Source of the DNA: Camelus ferus
Taxonomy: Eukaryota
Length of the DNA stretch: 64,000 bases
Reading direction: 5' to 3'
Assembly: GCF_009834535.1 (NCBI RefSeq)
Contig: NC_045696.1
Span: forward strand, 39,558,001-39,622,000
Part shown: positions 48,801 to 61,212 of the stretch, in pieces
Layout of the letters: the number at the start of each line of letters is the position of its first letter
Numbering within the stretch: position 1 is the stretch's first letter
The notes under the pieces: generated by a model
What the model was told of the DNA's origin: nothing
Databases searched by the model: none
The model's input: the letters and a program-made list of their open reading frames with translations, nothing else
Translations under genes and position numbers: made by a program

Positions 48801-50039
48801 AGTAGGCTTCGGTGGACAGTGCCTTTTTTGGCCACTACTGAATAAGAAGCACAAATGTCACCTAGGAACAGCAGATGGCCTCTCCCCTTAACACATAACT
48901 TTGCAGATCTAAAAATCCTAGGGAAGCCAGGGTGGAGGAGATTTAACACTACTTTAATTCTGAAGAATGTGAACAAGAGAAGGGTAAGAAGAAACTCCAG
49001 AAAACCTAAAAGGGCAGAGTAACCTCAAGAAAAATGGGCCTAGATGGACAAATACCGGGAACATCTTTCACTACTCTGATGTCTCAGCAATCACCTTTAA
49101 AATTACAAAATTCGTGTGGGTTACTTCAAAGGCAATTTGTAGAAACGGACAAGAATTTTCTGAACCCTCTGGGTTTTTTGATTAGTAGAACTGGGAGAAT
49201 AACAAGTGCTGCCTCCTAGGGCTGTTGTTAAAATTAATGCAAATACCAGCAAGTCTTCACAGACAGAGGACTTCCTTAGTGCTCGACCCGCTGCTCACTT
49301 TGAACAGTACCCAGGTCTGTGGCTCTTCTCCCCAGGGTCATCTGATGGCACGCGATCATGGTGCTTAGTGCCAAAGTCTGGAGTTATTAATGCTGTTAGA
49401 CAATGAATTATTTCACAAACACTGAAATTTAAAAAGTATTCACAGCCATCCAAGTATGAAGACATTTTTAATACACGCTTTTCTCAAGGGAGACCCACTT
49501 CCTGAAGAAAAGGAAATGCATGTCTCACCTTCGTTATTCTCCCTACAGTAACTTCTCCTCCAAAAGATGAAAAGCCCTAACACGTTAGTCCTTGAAGGGC
49601 AGAGCCCAGGAATTCCGGTGTCTGAACAGCCCCTACTCTTTCTACTTAGGACCAAACCGCCTGCCCCGCCTCGAGTCACAGAAGTCCCCGATGCGCAGAG
49701 CAAAAGTGTTTACTTCGGCCGCCTGCCTGCCCGGCGGGGAGGGGAAGCACCCGAGCCGCCCCTCACTTTCGCCCCTGCAGCTCAAACTAACCAGGGCGGG
49801 ATGGGAGTGTCTTCTTGGCTGGGGAACTTGATCCTCCTACCTTGTCCCGAAGCCACCCGCCGCTTTTCCCCGGCCCTCCCTTCGTGGTGATTTTCCTATC
49901 CGGGACGCCCGGAGAGGGCGCGCGGCTGGTGTCCGCCCAGCCCGAAAGGTAGGGGCTCGGCTGCTACCCGGGGAACGGAGAGCCCCACTGCCTCCCGCCG
50001 CATTGCATCTTCCTCCGCGAACTTGGGGGCGGCCGCGGT

Positions 50040-50386
50040 CATCACGCAGCCCGCGCCAGCCGCCGAGCAGGAGGAGCTTCCCCGCGGCTCCGGAGGCGCT
50101 CGGCGCTTTCGCCCGGAATCGGGACCCGCGCGCGGCGGGCGCGGCGGACTCCGGGCGGCGCTGAGCCCTTCCCGGCTGCCCCGCTAGGTCCGAGGAGACT
50201 GCATTCCGCCTGCGCCACCTTCCTCCGGTTTCCGCCGGCCGCGGGCTTCGGCGGCCCGATGCTGCAGGCGCCGCGGGAGAGGCAGCAGTGGACTGGAGCG
50301 AAGGGCGGCGGAAGAGCGGAGAGCGGCGGGCCCCCGGCCGCGGAGCCCGGCACCCTCCTGCGGTCTTCACGCCAGGGCCTCGGCGG
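50040..50386 (+). other. Probable first exon (likely 5'UTR) of an unidentified gene
   Basis: Donor CGG|GTAACT (GT at 50387-50388) followed by G-run-rich sequence typical of intron-1 starts; the start coordinate is a guess; only a weak-context ATG at 50259. Confidence 0.55.
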
Positions 50387-50425
50387 GTAACTCCCCCGCC
50401 CTCTTGGCTGCGGGTTTGCGTCGCC

Positions 50426-50467
50426 GAGGGGAGGGAGGTTGGGGGTGAGGGGAGGGAGGTTGGGGGT
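50426..50467 (+). repeat. Perfect 21-bp tandem duplication, G-quadruplex-forming
   Basis: gaggggagggaggttgggggt x2. Confidence 0.9.
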
Positions 50468-52683
50468 GCGGGGAGACCCTCGGGCGGTGCAGCCGCTGAG
50501 GCTCAGGGTCAAGGGCGGGGGAGGCGCGCTGAGGTCACTGCCTCTGCACGCATCCTCCCGACCCCGGGAGCTGCGGGGGGCAACTCCGCGACCCCTGGGT
50601 TTACGGGGTGGGGAGCACCGGGGGCGCAGTGGAGCACTGGGGCGCTCGGAACCCGATGCTCGCCGGGGAAGGACGCGAGGGGCGCCAGGCGTTCGGGCGC
50701 TGGAGAGGCCGACGCGGGTGGCGGGCTCCTCACTCACTATTGTTTTCTTGTAAAAGGGTCTGTACGCTAGCAGGGGTAAGAGGTCTGGAAGGTTCTCTTC
50801 TTTTACCTTACAAAAATTTCCGAGGCACCGTTTTTCCCGCCACGGTGGAACTGGACCTAACAAAACCAGCCCCAAGGCGGTTTGGGGGAAAAGGGCGGCG
50901 GTGAGAAAATTGCAGTGCCTGGGCTGCCGTTAGTTTTCAAGAAAGGGGAGAAGAAACTTGTGGTTTTGAGGCTGATTGTTCCAGAACTCTCAAGATCCCA
51001 GTCCCTTGTGTGCTGTTATTTTGGCTTAGAATATCTATAAAAAGCGATTTTCAGAAACTAAAAACAAACCCAAAGCACATTTTGGGGGGGGGTCTTCAGT
51101 AGAAGAGGGGGAGAGGTTGGGGACGGGCGTAGAGTAGCTGCTGTTCAGAGATAATGTTTTTTAAAACGATGCTTGGAAGTGGGGATAAGAATGACATCTT
51201 GAATGCCAGCATGTTAGAAACGACATAAGCAGCAGACTCTAGAATCAAAAAGTCACATTGCTGTAAGACGAATGCAGTCCCAGCTGTAATTAGGTAGTTA
51301 AGGAAGCTACATTTCTGCCAGAAACTCCTCGCCCTCTGGCCTTTCACACCAACGTTCACACTAATCTTCAGGTGTGAGAGCCTCCTTTACGAGGCTAGTT
51401 TGGGTATTTGCCTTTCTGGTCTTCAAACTTTCTCTCCCAGCTGCAGACCATGGAACTCTCTTTTTACATGGAGTTGTTAAACATGTGAGAAGATCTGGTC
51501 AGGCTACCGGGTTGTTTTCCGTTTGAAAGCATGCTGATCTGACATTTGTAAATGGATTTGTTTTCCCTTCCTTCTCTTCCTTTTTGTCTCACCGACAGCT
51601 GCTTTTAATACCAAGATCTGCAAAAGAGCCACCGTTAGATTGTTATCTAGTTTGTCCTCTCTGAATAAGCCTATTGACCTGGGAGACACTTTAGATAATG
51701 GAAACTGGTTTATAAGGAGAGAACTTTTCTAGAAACTGTATTTTCCTGTTCCGGCTACCAAAGCTGTCCTTAATTGTGGAGGGGGAGGGAAGGTCTTCAC
51801 TGGTTGCCTAATGGGGCTTCTCTTGAGCAATATTTTTACCATCATCTCATATTGTACCATGTTTATTATGGCGCAATAAAACAAGACTGCTTTTTTGACT
51901 ATTTTTCAGTAGATTTGTTGGAAATAATTTTTTATGCCCCCAAATCAGTACAGATCTGTGGGCTCAGAAGAGAATAGACAGTACTGGCAGAAGAATGCCA
52001 TTAAGAGACATACCATTTAAAAAAAAAAAATCAGTCTTTTGTGGAAATTGCAATTTTCCTGTTTTCTCCCTCCGGAAATTAGTGGCAGCTCTTTTCTTCT
52101 GTTGGAGATGTTTTTGTGTTCCATATCATGTGGGATATTCTGGGAGAGAAGTGAAACAATACCGTATTTCCGATATTTCTCTGATAAGCATTATCTGCTA
52201 ACCATGCAGGTTACCACCTGGCTTCTGTGGATTTATGATTCCATCTAGACTGGGGACCAGAAATTTGTTTCACATGCCTTCCAGGTGATGCTTATCAAGG
52301 TGAGGCATGCACAAAACTCAGGTGGCACCCACTGTGATTCCCCATGGGTTCCCATATCCTGTTTTCCCAACAGCCCTATGAGACAGGAATGTTTAATGTG
52401 ATTTTATAGTTAAAAAAAACTGAGACTACCCGAGGTTAAGGGACTTAGAATGGATCACAGGAAGGTCACTTCACCACTGCCTTACACCATTCCAGACAAT
52501 TGCACACACTTCGGTTATATATCACCTGATCAGAATTTACCTCTCAGACTGGCCTTCTTGAGTAGGTGCTCTGCAAACTTTGTCTTTCCTTCTGACAGCT
52601 TCAGACTTTCACCAATTAGTTATCTTTTATCTTCTCTACATCTTTGACATGCCCCTTAGATGTGCTGTGTCTGGCCAAATTCA

Positions 52684-52691
52684 TGACGTCA
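52684..52691. promoter_or_regulatory. Full CRE (TGACGTCA) within the 12-bp palindrome catgacgtcatg
   Basis: Direct reading; function unknown. Confidence 0.4.
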
Positions 52692-53754
52692 TGTTATCTT
52701 CGATGGCTTATATTCTGAGAGTTTGTTTCACTCTGAATATGTTTTCAAAGAAATTCCTACTCATCCTTCATGCTGGGAAGATGTATTCCCAGATCTACAT
52801 CCCCACCCTCACAGTTGAAGTGAACCTCTCCTATTTATCCCAACTACAGTGGATGACAGCACACACTGCAATTTCCAATTGAATTCTGACAGATTGAAAA
52901 TAAAAAGTATTTAATTGAGGGTGAGCTTAAGGTGTGGAGTAGGGTGTATGCATTGGATGTTATGGTGTTCCAGTAGAAAACTGTCATTGTGGTTTCTTAT
53001 CAGGGTGTCAGGAGCTCAGTGCCCTCAGTGTGATAGTTTAGCCAATGTTCTTTCCCCTGACAATAACTCCCCGGTACTGAATCAGTGGGAGTATCAAAAC
53101 TTGGTCAAGAACTTGGCTGCCATAGGGGTGAGATTCTGGAGTTGAAGTTATGAAGGTAAAAGAGAGTAAAGGGCAGTAGGATCTGAGTCTCTTTTCCACA
53201 TCCATGGATCTTTTTTTAAAGAGCTGTTGGTTATCCAGGGAGGTATGGCCCACTTACTGTTTCCTGCCACAGCCTTCTGCATCTGACCAGGGCCTTTCCT
53301 CTTCCAGGACCATTGGGAAAGAGGGGAAGGAAAGTGCCCAACCCTTAGATAAGGATTTTCTTATCCTAAACACTGAAAAGCTGAGTGAAAAGGGTCCCTT
53401 TTCCCTCCGTACATCTGAGACATAGGGTGCCAATGACATTGTCTCCTTCAGTAGCTTGTAGTAATACTGGGTTTTGACGAACTCTTTCAATATTGATTTA
53501 GTTTTTATCTGGTTGGGACTGGAAAGGTCTGTAGAAGCTGAGGGAATAAGCCTCCAGGGGAAGAGGTGGCAAGGAAGCCAGAGATTCCTCCAAGGGAGGC
53601 AGGTTTCTCTCACCTTCCTAGGCTGGGGAAGCAGATCCGGGGCTGGTATGGCTCTGGGTGGTGGTCCCTGCACTCAGACCAGGCAACAGGGAGCAGACAG
53701 TGGTTTTGCAATGGCTCTTCAGTGACTTTCTCCTGCCGTCTATAAGGGAGGACT

Positions 53755-54290
53755 GGAGAGTCAAGCAGTATTTACTGAGTACCCCCCGTGGAACGGGAGA
53801 CATCCTGGGTGCTAGGCATGGGGGTGCAGCATTGAGCAAAACAGATGAAGCCCCCACTCTTATAGAGCTTTTTTTTTTGTGGGAAATAGACTTAATAAAC
53901 CGGTTACAAATAAATGAAAAAAATTTTTTCAGATAGAATGAGTGTTACAAAGACAATGCAGTGTGCAGGGGGTGATGGAAGCTAATTTAGAGCAGTCAGA
54001 GAGCTCCTCTGAGGAGAGGATATTTGAAGTGAGATGTGAATGATAAGGAGCCATTCAAGGGGAGAGCAGAAGGAAGAGAATTCTAGGCAGAGGAACAGCA
54101 CCTGCAAAGGCCCTGGGGCATGAATGAATTTGGAGTGTTTGAAGAACTTGCACATGGAGATGTAAAAGGGGAAAAGATAGGAGATGAAGTCAGTGAGGTA
54201 GGCAGAAGACAGCTTATGTGAAGCCTTCCAATCTTAGACAGGAGTTTGAATTGTGTTTTCAAAGAGTAGGATGCCACTGGAAATTCTAAA
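53755..54290 (-). mobile_element. L2 LINE fragment
   Basis: tatttactgagtacc...ttctaggcagaggaacagcacctgcaaaggccctgggg...ggagtttgaatt. Confidence 0.8.
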
Positions 54291-56569
54291 TTAGAGACTC
54301 AGTCTTCACCTGGGTGGGTGATGGGGTTTCCCGTTTGTCTTATAGACACACATGTACACATGTGTATTTTCACTCTCAGTTTGTTTTTATTCTCCCTGTT
54401 AATTGGCCGTCACTGATTTCTTTGCCCTAGACCAGGGCACAGGCATATCCACATGGAGAGGCAGAGCTCAGAGAACCCTGGACAGGGGTCCTCTTATCCT
54501 CTGAAATAAATCCATATACTCACTCAGTTTCACCTTCATGCATGGAACTCTCCATCACTGGCTTTGACATCTCCACCGCTCTCCAGACTGAGTCTCTGTC
54601 TCTAAGTCTCTAGGTTGGCTGGTCACATCCAAAAGTAGATCCTAAAAATTAATTATCTAGTCAAATCAATCACAGTTGGTATCTTTTGCTAGACAGTGAT
54701 GTCCCAGGAGGGGAGATTCTGAATAATGAGAAGGTCTTGCCTTTTCCTGAGCTCCCCTTCCCACAGGCTATGCAGTCTGTTATGGGAGGTCCAGTTTCAG
54801 GGGAAATGTGCAGGACTCTGTAATAGTTGTCAAGGCACTATTCTGTGCCTTAGAACTTTCATTTCTATTGTTCTTTGTACATGATCTTGGCAGTCCTAGA
54901 ATAGCACTTAAATCATGAAAGTTTATGTCCAAGTTAGTATCTCCTAGTCGCACTGGTTTATCAGAAAGGAATAGAAGCATTTTATCAGCCAACTTTTGAT
55001 TCCTAGATTACAATTTATAACTCTTGGGGGAAACTTAGTATGTACTTCAGAGAGAAAATTGTTTTTGAGATTCTTTAGCCAGATGCCCTGCTTATTTATG
55101 AACATACATACTTAACTAATGTATATAACTTAACAGCTCACTTTGAACTTTTTGTTTTTTTTTTCTTTTTTCTGATTGATGTCGTGGCATTAAATCTGAA
55201 ACAAGTTTCTATTTGAGAGGGCAATGATGATGTCTTGTCTTGCTCACCCCGTGTCCTTGGTATCTGGTGTAGTGTCCAGAACATTATAGATAGAGCAGAC
55301 ATTTGCCAAATGGCCTGACCAGGGTTCATGAATTAACTCACAATGTAAATATCTTAGCTCAATTGTAACTTCTTTATAGCTGTTAGGATTCATCTTTATA
55401 GCTCTTAAGATTATCAGTTTGTCATCTCAAAAAATGTGCCCATTGGAGAAGACAGGTGAAAGGTGAACTCATTACTGTAGATTTGTCTATATTAATTAAA
55501 ACCCTTCTGGTTTTGAAGTGTTTTTTTTTTTTCTTTTAGAAAATAATATAGTGTTCTTATGCTGACAGATAAGAGACTAGTATGTGAATGTTATCAGATC
55601 AGGATATGAGAAAATATTCTCAAATTTGTTTTCACGTACAGTAAACTTTTAGGACAGCTTCATAATTCATAATGTATGATAATTCGAGTTGGGTTAGTCA
55701 GGTTTGTGGTTACGTTACTGAGGAAATAAGTGTGCCAAGAATGTGGATAACAAAATCACTTAATAGCACAGTGTCTCACATCCATGATTTCATGCCCTTT
55801 CATAGGCAGAGATTTGCACTGCTTAAGTTCCAGGGCTTGTTATGATATTTCTTAGATTTCTATTGGGTATCATTTAACCTAGCTGGAGACATAAACAAAT
55901 GCCCTGGAAATAGAAAGCTCTCCTCATCAAGCTCGCCAGAGCTGGGAGGGGTTCCTGCCTGGCAGAGCGCAGTGGGAGAGGCCCAGTTGTGAGCTCTTGC
56001 TGGGACTCTGAGTGACAAAGTTTCTTACAAAGAATGATGTTGTCAGGGGGCATATACATAATTTAAAAATTCTGAATATTGAAAGAGTCTACCTTTTAGA
56101 TTTGTTTTTTCCTGTCCCTCAAGGACGTGATGCCATATAAATACAGCCTCTTGTCTCTGAGCTGATTTTACGGGGTCACCCTCCTTCCACTGCATCCGAT
56201 TCTAGTCCTCAGAGAGGTTATCTGCTCACAGCTTCTGACGGTTTGCTGGTTTTCTTCTTAGGAAATATTCTATTGCAGATATTTAGGCCAGCACCATGGA
56301 AGGTGCTCCTTTTATTGAAATAACAAAATAAAGTATAAAATAGTTTAAAAAGTAATACAATATAAAATATAATAAATGAAATAAAATAAACTGCTTTTAT
56401 TAAAACCTGTGCCGCCCTTTAGGATTTGAGAGTCCTTCATGTATCAAGGGATAGAGGAAGCAAAGAGAAGGGAATTTGTATATTTTCTATGCTCAGCATA
56501 GAGCCAAAGACTAAGAGATCAGAGATTTTAAAAAATTCCCTGACTTCTTTTCATGAATAATAAAAACTT

Positions 56570-56735
56570 AATATAAAATATAGATAATATAGAAAATATA
56601 ATTATATAATATATATTATATAAATATAGATTATAATATATAATATATATTATATAAATATAGATTATAATATAATATATAGATTATATATAATTATTAT
56701 TATAATATAACAGAGATAATATAAAATTATAAAAC
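56570..56735. repeat. AT-rich low-complexity tract with a perfect 34-bp tandem repeat
   Basis: tatataatatatattatataaatatagattataa at 56603-56636 and 56637-56670. Confidence 0.9.
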
Positions 56736-58254
56736 TGCACTTAAAAAATGGAAAATGGGTTATCCAGTTGCATTTAGATGAGAGCAATGAGATGACAATC
56801 CAGGCATCTCCACTGATTTTTCAACTGCTTGTAAGCAACAGCAGCTAATTTATATAACCTTATTTAATTGACAGACTCTGAAAGTTAAAGGGACTTTCTG
56901 TTGTCAATGTGAATGATCGTTGTGAGATAAAGAACACCACCGTCAAGACACTTCTGATACTTGGAGCCAATATTTCAGGTCAATGTCAAAGTGAGTTAGC
57001 TAATCACTCTTGTTTCATCCCAGCTATGCTACAATTAAATTAGAAATAATTGGATTTTTTTTCATAAGCAGGATGTTAAGCGATATGTGTAATTTCTCAT
57101 CATGAAGGACCTGTAAATGTTTTCCAGGCCCTGATTTTTTTGGAGGAAAAGTCTGACCCTCCCACTGCAAAAAACCAATAAACAAAGGCCAAAAAACCCC
57201 ACTATTTTTGCAGAGTTGGTGGGTGGGGCTCTTCTGCTTTAACCATAGGTAATATAATTATATTATTATAAAAAGCTTCTACCCAAGTTCTCCATCTATG
57301 ATCACCAATACTCCTGTCCACACACCTTTCATAATAACATTCCTCAAGCGTGGTTTTCATTACGGAAACTTTTTTCTGCTCAGAAATCCGGAGAATTTCT
57401 CCCACGGCCCTTTGAAGTTTTCTGCCATCCTGCGTTGCTGACTTTCTTTTCGCCCTCCGGTTGAACCTGTGGTCTCTGTAACTCGCCATGTTCCTCTGAC
57501 ACTCAGCGCTGTTTTCCTTCATTCCACACTCCCCCATCAGGCCAGATTGTAACCTTTTTTCACCTTCAGGGCTAATGACTGCACAACTCTAAACAAAATG
57601 CCTTACATTTCTGAGCATCACTTTCGTTATCTATGAACTTGAAATAATGTTCACATCACAGTTATGGTAATTAAAAAGAAAACCCATTTAAATAGTTCAG
57701 CATAGTGCCTGACAAATATCAAACATTTAATCTATGTTACTTGACACTACTATTATAACTCTATCATTATAACTGTTCTTCCTCAAATTGTTCAGCATGG
57801 ACTTTCTCCAGAAAGGCCTTTCTGTTTGACCTTCTCTAGTTCTGATCTTTTCCCCAGTCTGCTTCCTCTTAGCACCTGACTTCACTTTGGAGTCTATTAA
57901 TCTACCCATGTTGTTGTAGTTCTTTAATTATTTTTCAGTGAACAGCAACAAGTATTTGGGCATTTATCATGTACCAGACATGGTGCTATTTATAATATAG
58001 GGGGTCCATGGACATACAGTGGAGAGGTGCAGTGTGTGTGTGTGCACATATGTAAGTGTGTGCATCTGTGTGCACACATGGGCTCCAGGTGGAGTTCGGG
58101 GGATGAAAATCTGTTGGTTGAATAGCACTATGAGTTTTTCAGAATAAACTAGCGTTAAGAAGTAAAAACTACTCTCATCAGATATCCATTAAAAAAATTA
58201 ACATGTTTGTCTTTTTTTCTATAGTTTAAAAAATATGATATAGTTATCTGTATT

Positions 58255-58529
58255 TTTTAATTTGCATTTTAATTTATTTTTATTGAGATATAGTGGATGT
58301 AGAATATTACATAAGTTTCAGGTGTACAACATGGTGAGTCATAATTTTAAAGCTTATGCTCCATCTATAGTTATTATAAAATATTGGCTATATTCCCTGT
58401 GTTGTACAATATATTCTTTGCTTTCATTTTTTTAGTGAAGTATAGTTGATTTACAATGTTATTAGTTTCTGGTGTATGGCATAGTGATCCAGTTATATGT
58501 GTGTGTGTGTATATATACACATTCTTTTT
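58255..58529 (-). mobile_element. L1 3' insertion with two different terminal modules, 16-bp TSD
   Basis: tatagttatctgtatt at 58239-58254 and 58530-58545. Confidence 0.85.
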
Positions 58530-58639
58530 TATAGTTATCTGTATTCTTGGAACAGCTTTGCCCATTTTGCCTTCTTAGAAGCTCCTCTATCCTCATCCAA
58601 ATGCAGGGTGAGAGAAAAAAAAAGAGCAGAATCCCAGTA

Positions 58640-58900
58640 GATGATTCCAGTTTATGGCGGGGAGGGGGAAGGATGGGAAGGGACACTCCAGGCAGCAGGA
58701 ACAGCATGATCAAAGGCACTGAAGCATGAAACAGTGTTGAGTATGACAGAGAACTCTGCAAAACTGGGTGCTCATAGGGCATAATGTTCGAAGTTAAGTG
58801 TTGGGGGAGATGATGCAGGAGAGAATAAGACTCAGATCTGTGGCCTATATGGTTACATCGCCCTAGAAGGATGTATACTTGGGCTGCAGGTCTATATGGA
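58640..58900 (-). mobile_element. L2 fragment
   Basis: actccaggcagcaggaacagcatgatcaaaggcactgaagcatgaa. Confidence 0.6.
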
Positions 58901-61212
58901 CAGTTTACACCAATCAAGTTCTGCACGTTGCTTCTAACGTGGACTTGGATTTTGCATGTGACATAGAATACATCTCTTCCACTTGCTGTTTTCATAGGAA
59001 ATGATGAAAACATTAGTTAATGGTAATGTGTAATTGATGTTAATGCTCTCATTTTTCATAACCTTAGTGTTTGAAAGATAGAAATTTGTGAAGTATCATT
59101 TGAGACTTCTGAAGCATGGCTTTCTGTATGAAATTTGAGAGTAGAAATGGGCTTCAGTAGGACAGAGACACCCCGGGAGAACCATCAAGAGGACCACTAC
59201 AAATTACCACCTTGAAACTAAGTGGCTCCCTAATACATTTCGCACCCAAGAAAGCTACAGCTTCATAAAATTATATGCTTGATAATTTGTATGTAAAATT
59301 TGATCAATAATTGATTTTTATTTCTATGTTTGCATTGCAATTAAGTTTTGGCTTCCTTCCCCTCTCGACTCTTGTTCCCCCCTCTCCTTTCCACTCCCAT
59401 CTGTAAGACAGTTTTTTATATAGCAGTATATTATTCAGAGCTGATGCAATATCGGATGTTAAATGTCTGAATTATATCTAATTCTAAAAAATCTTAAGTG
59501 TTTTCATTCCAGAAATATGTTTTCTACTAAGTCTGAGTGGTGTTCGGTATATTTTAACTCTGTCTTTTGGTGTTGATTTCTCTTGCTTAAAAATTAAGCA
59601 ATAGGACCCAAGACACCCTAACCACAAGAGCTTAAAATTCCCAGAGGAGAATTAGATGTGAAAGAAAAAACACTAGAACTTGATCTGTAATTAGCCTGAA
59701 AATGGAATGTGTGGGAGAGGTCTGCAAGGAGGCTAGGAAAACAGAGGGCAACGGCAAAAAGTGTCTTGCCACATTTCCAGCACTGCTGAGGGAAGAACGC
59801 TCCCTTACTATGAGCCTGTGGTTATCAAACAACTTTCTTTTTTTTTTTTTTTCCTTGTTGTGATATGATTTTAATGACTCTTGCTTATTTTACATACCAT
59901 AATTTTTTATTCATACTGCTGCTGTTGGAAATTTTGCTTTTTTTTCTCTTTTTTAAACATAAATAACTGATATAAATATAATCTAATATATGAATATTTT
60001 TACACATCATTAATTTACTTTTTCCTCAGAGAAAATTCTGTAAGTAGAATTGCTGATTCCAAATTGATCAGTATTTAAATTCTTTGAATATTCAGTTCCT
60101 TTCCACAAAATTTGCAATCTCAGTAGTAATAATGTGAGTGCTTATTCTGAACACATAGTTAGGAAAACACCCCTTTATATTATCCTGAAACAATTCCAAA
60201 GACCTCAGCTCAACTTTAGATTTAGTTTTCTTGATGTTACTCTTATTATTCATTTGTATTTGTCATTTTTATATACTCAGTTGGCCTTTGAACAATGTGG
60301 GGGTCAATCCACCTGTATTTTATCTATTTTATTTCCATTTTTCAGTTTTATTAGGTAGAATTATTACAGTCAGACAACTTTCTTTCTCTCATGGATTTGC
60401 CTGGAGAAGTTGTCAATCTGCCAGTTTAAATATATACTCCTTGGCAGTTACATTTTTCTCATTATAAGTGGATTACTTTGGCAGTTCCATTTATACACTA
60501 GCTCCTAGCAATTGAACAGCTCAGGTAAACCGACCGCTCGAGTGTCTGAATCATCAGGGCTGAGTGGCTAACACTTGGGTTGGGGCTTCTCCCAGAAAAT
60601 GGCCCTTTCTGAGGTTCTACCAAGTGTGTTCACGCTTGGCCAAAATGTCTAGCGTTCTAGTTAAACTGGAAATGGCTGTGCTATATAACCTGCCCCAATA
60701 GCCAGCTGAGACGTTAGGCCTGTGCTCACCCAGTAGACTAGAATCTGCTCGGAAAAAACAAAAACAAAAACAAAACCCCAAAAAACCGAATATAGCTAAA
60801 GGCTAAATTAAATAAAAAGGTATGTCCAGCAAACTACCCCCCCCCCAAAAAACAACCCACCTCTATTTCTTGGACAGCTCCGTTTTGTCCAATGTTATTT
60901 AAAGTAAAGTTCTTATGGAAGTGTATCAGACACAGAGGAGTACACAAACCACATAAATACGGTTCCATACGTTTCCTCCCGGCGAACATGCCCACGTAAC
61001 CTGCCTCCAGGCCCTGCCCTCCGGGAGCGCGCCGTGTCCTCCTCCCCAGCCACTGCTCCCTCCTTAAAGGAAACCGCCATTCTGACTTTCACCACCATAG
61101 GGCAACTTTTTTTCTACTTCTCTTTAACTTGAATTAGCACCCAGGTATTCTGAATGGCTCTAGAGCATCAGTGACCCTCTGGCTGAGGGCAGGGACTGGG
61201 CATCCCCAGAAG

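Larger units (their letters stand above)
49650..50900. promoter_or_regulatory. CpG island / TATA-less promoter
   Basis: Abrupt, very GC- and CpG-rich ~1.25 kb in AT-rich surroundings; GC boxes (ccccgcc, gggcggg) and ETS-like tttccg; free of repeats. Confidence 0.95.

Noticed and set aside
49837..50904. Long overlapping ORFs (177, 277, 160 aa) in the CpG island
   Set aside because: GC-rich DNA lacks stop codons; they mostly use non-ATG starts, are Arg/Gly/Pro/Ala low-complexity, are open on both strands and show no recognisable domain.
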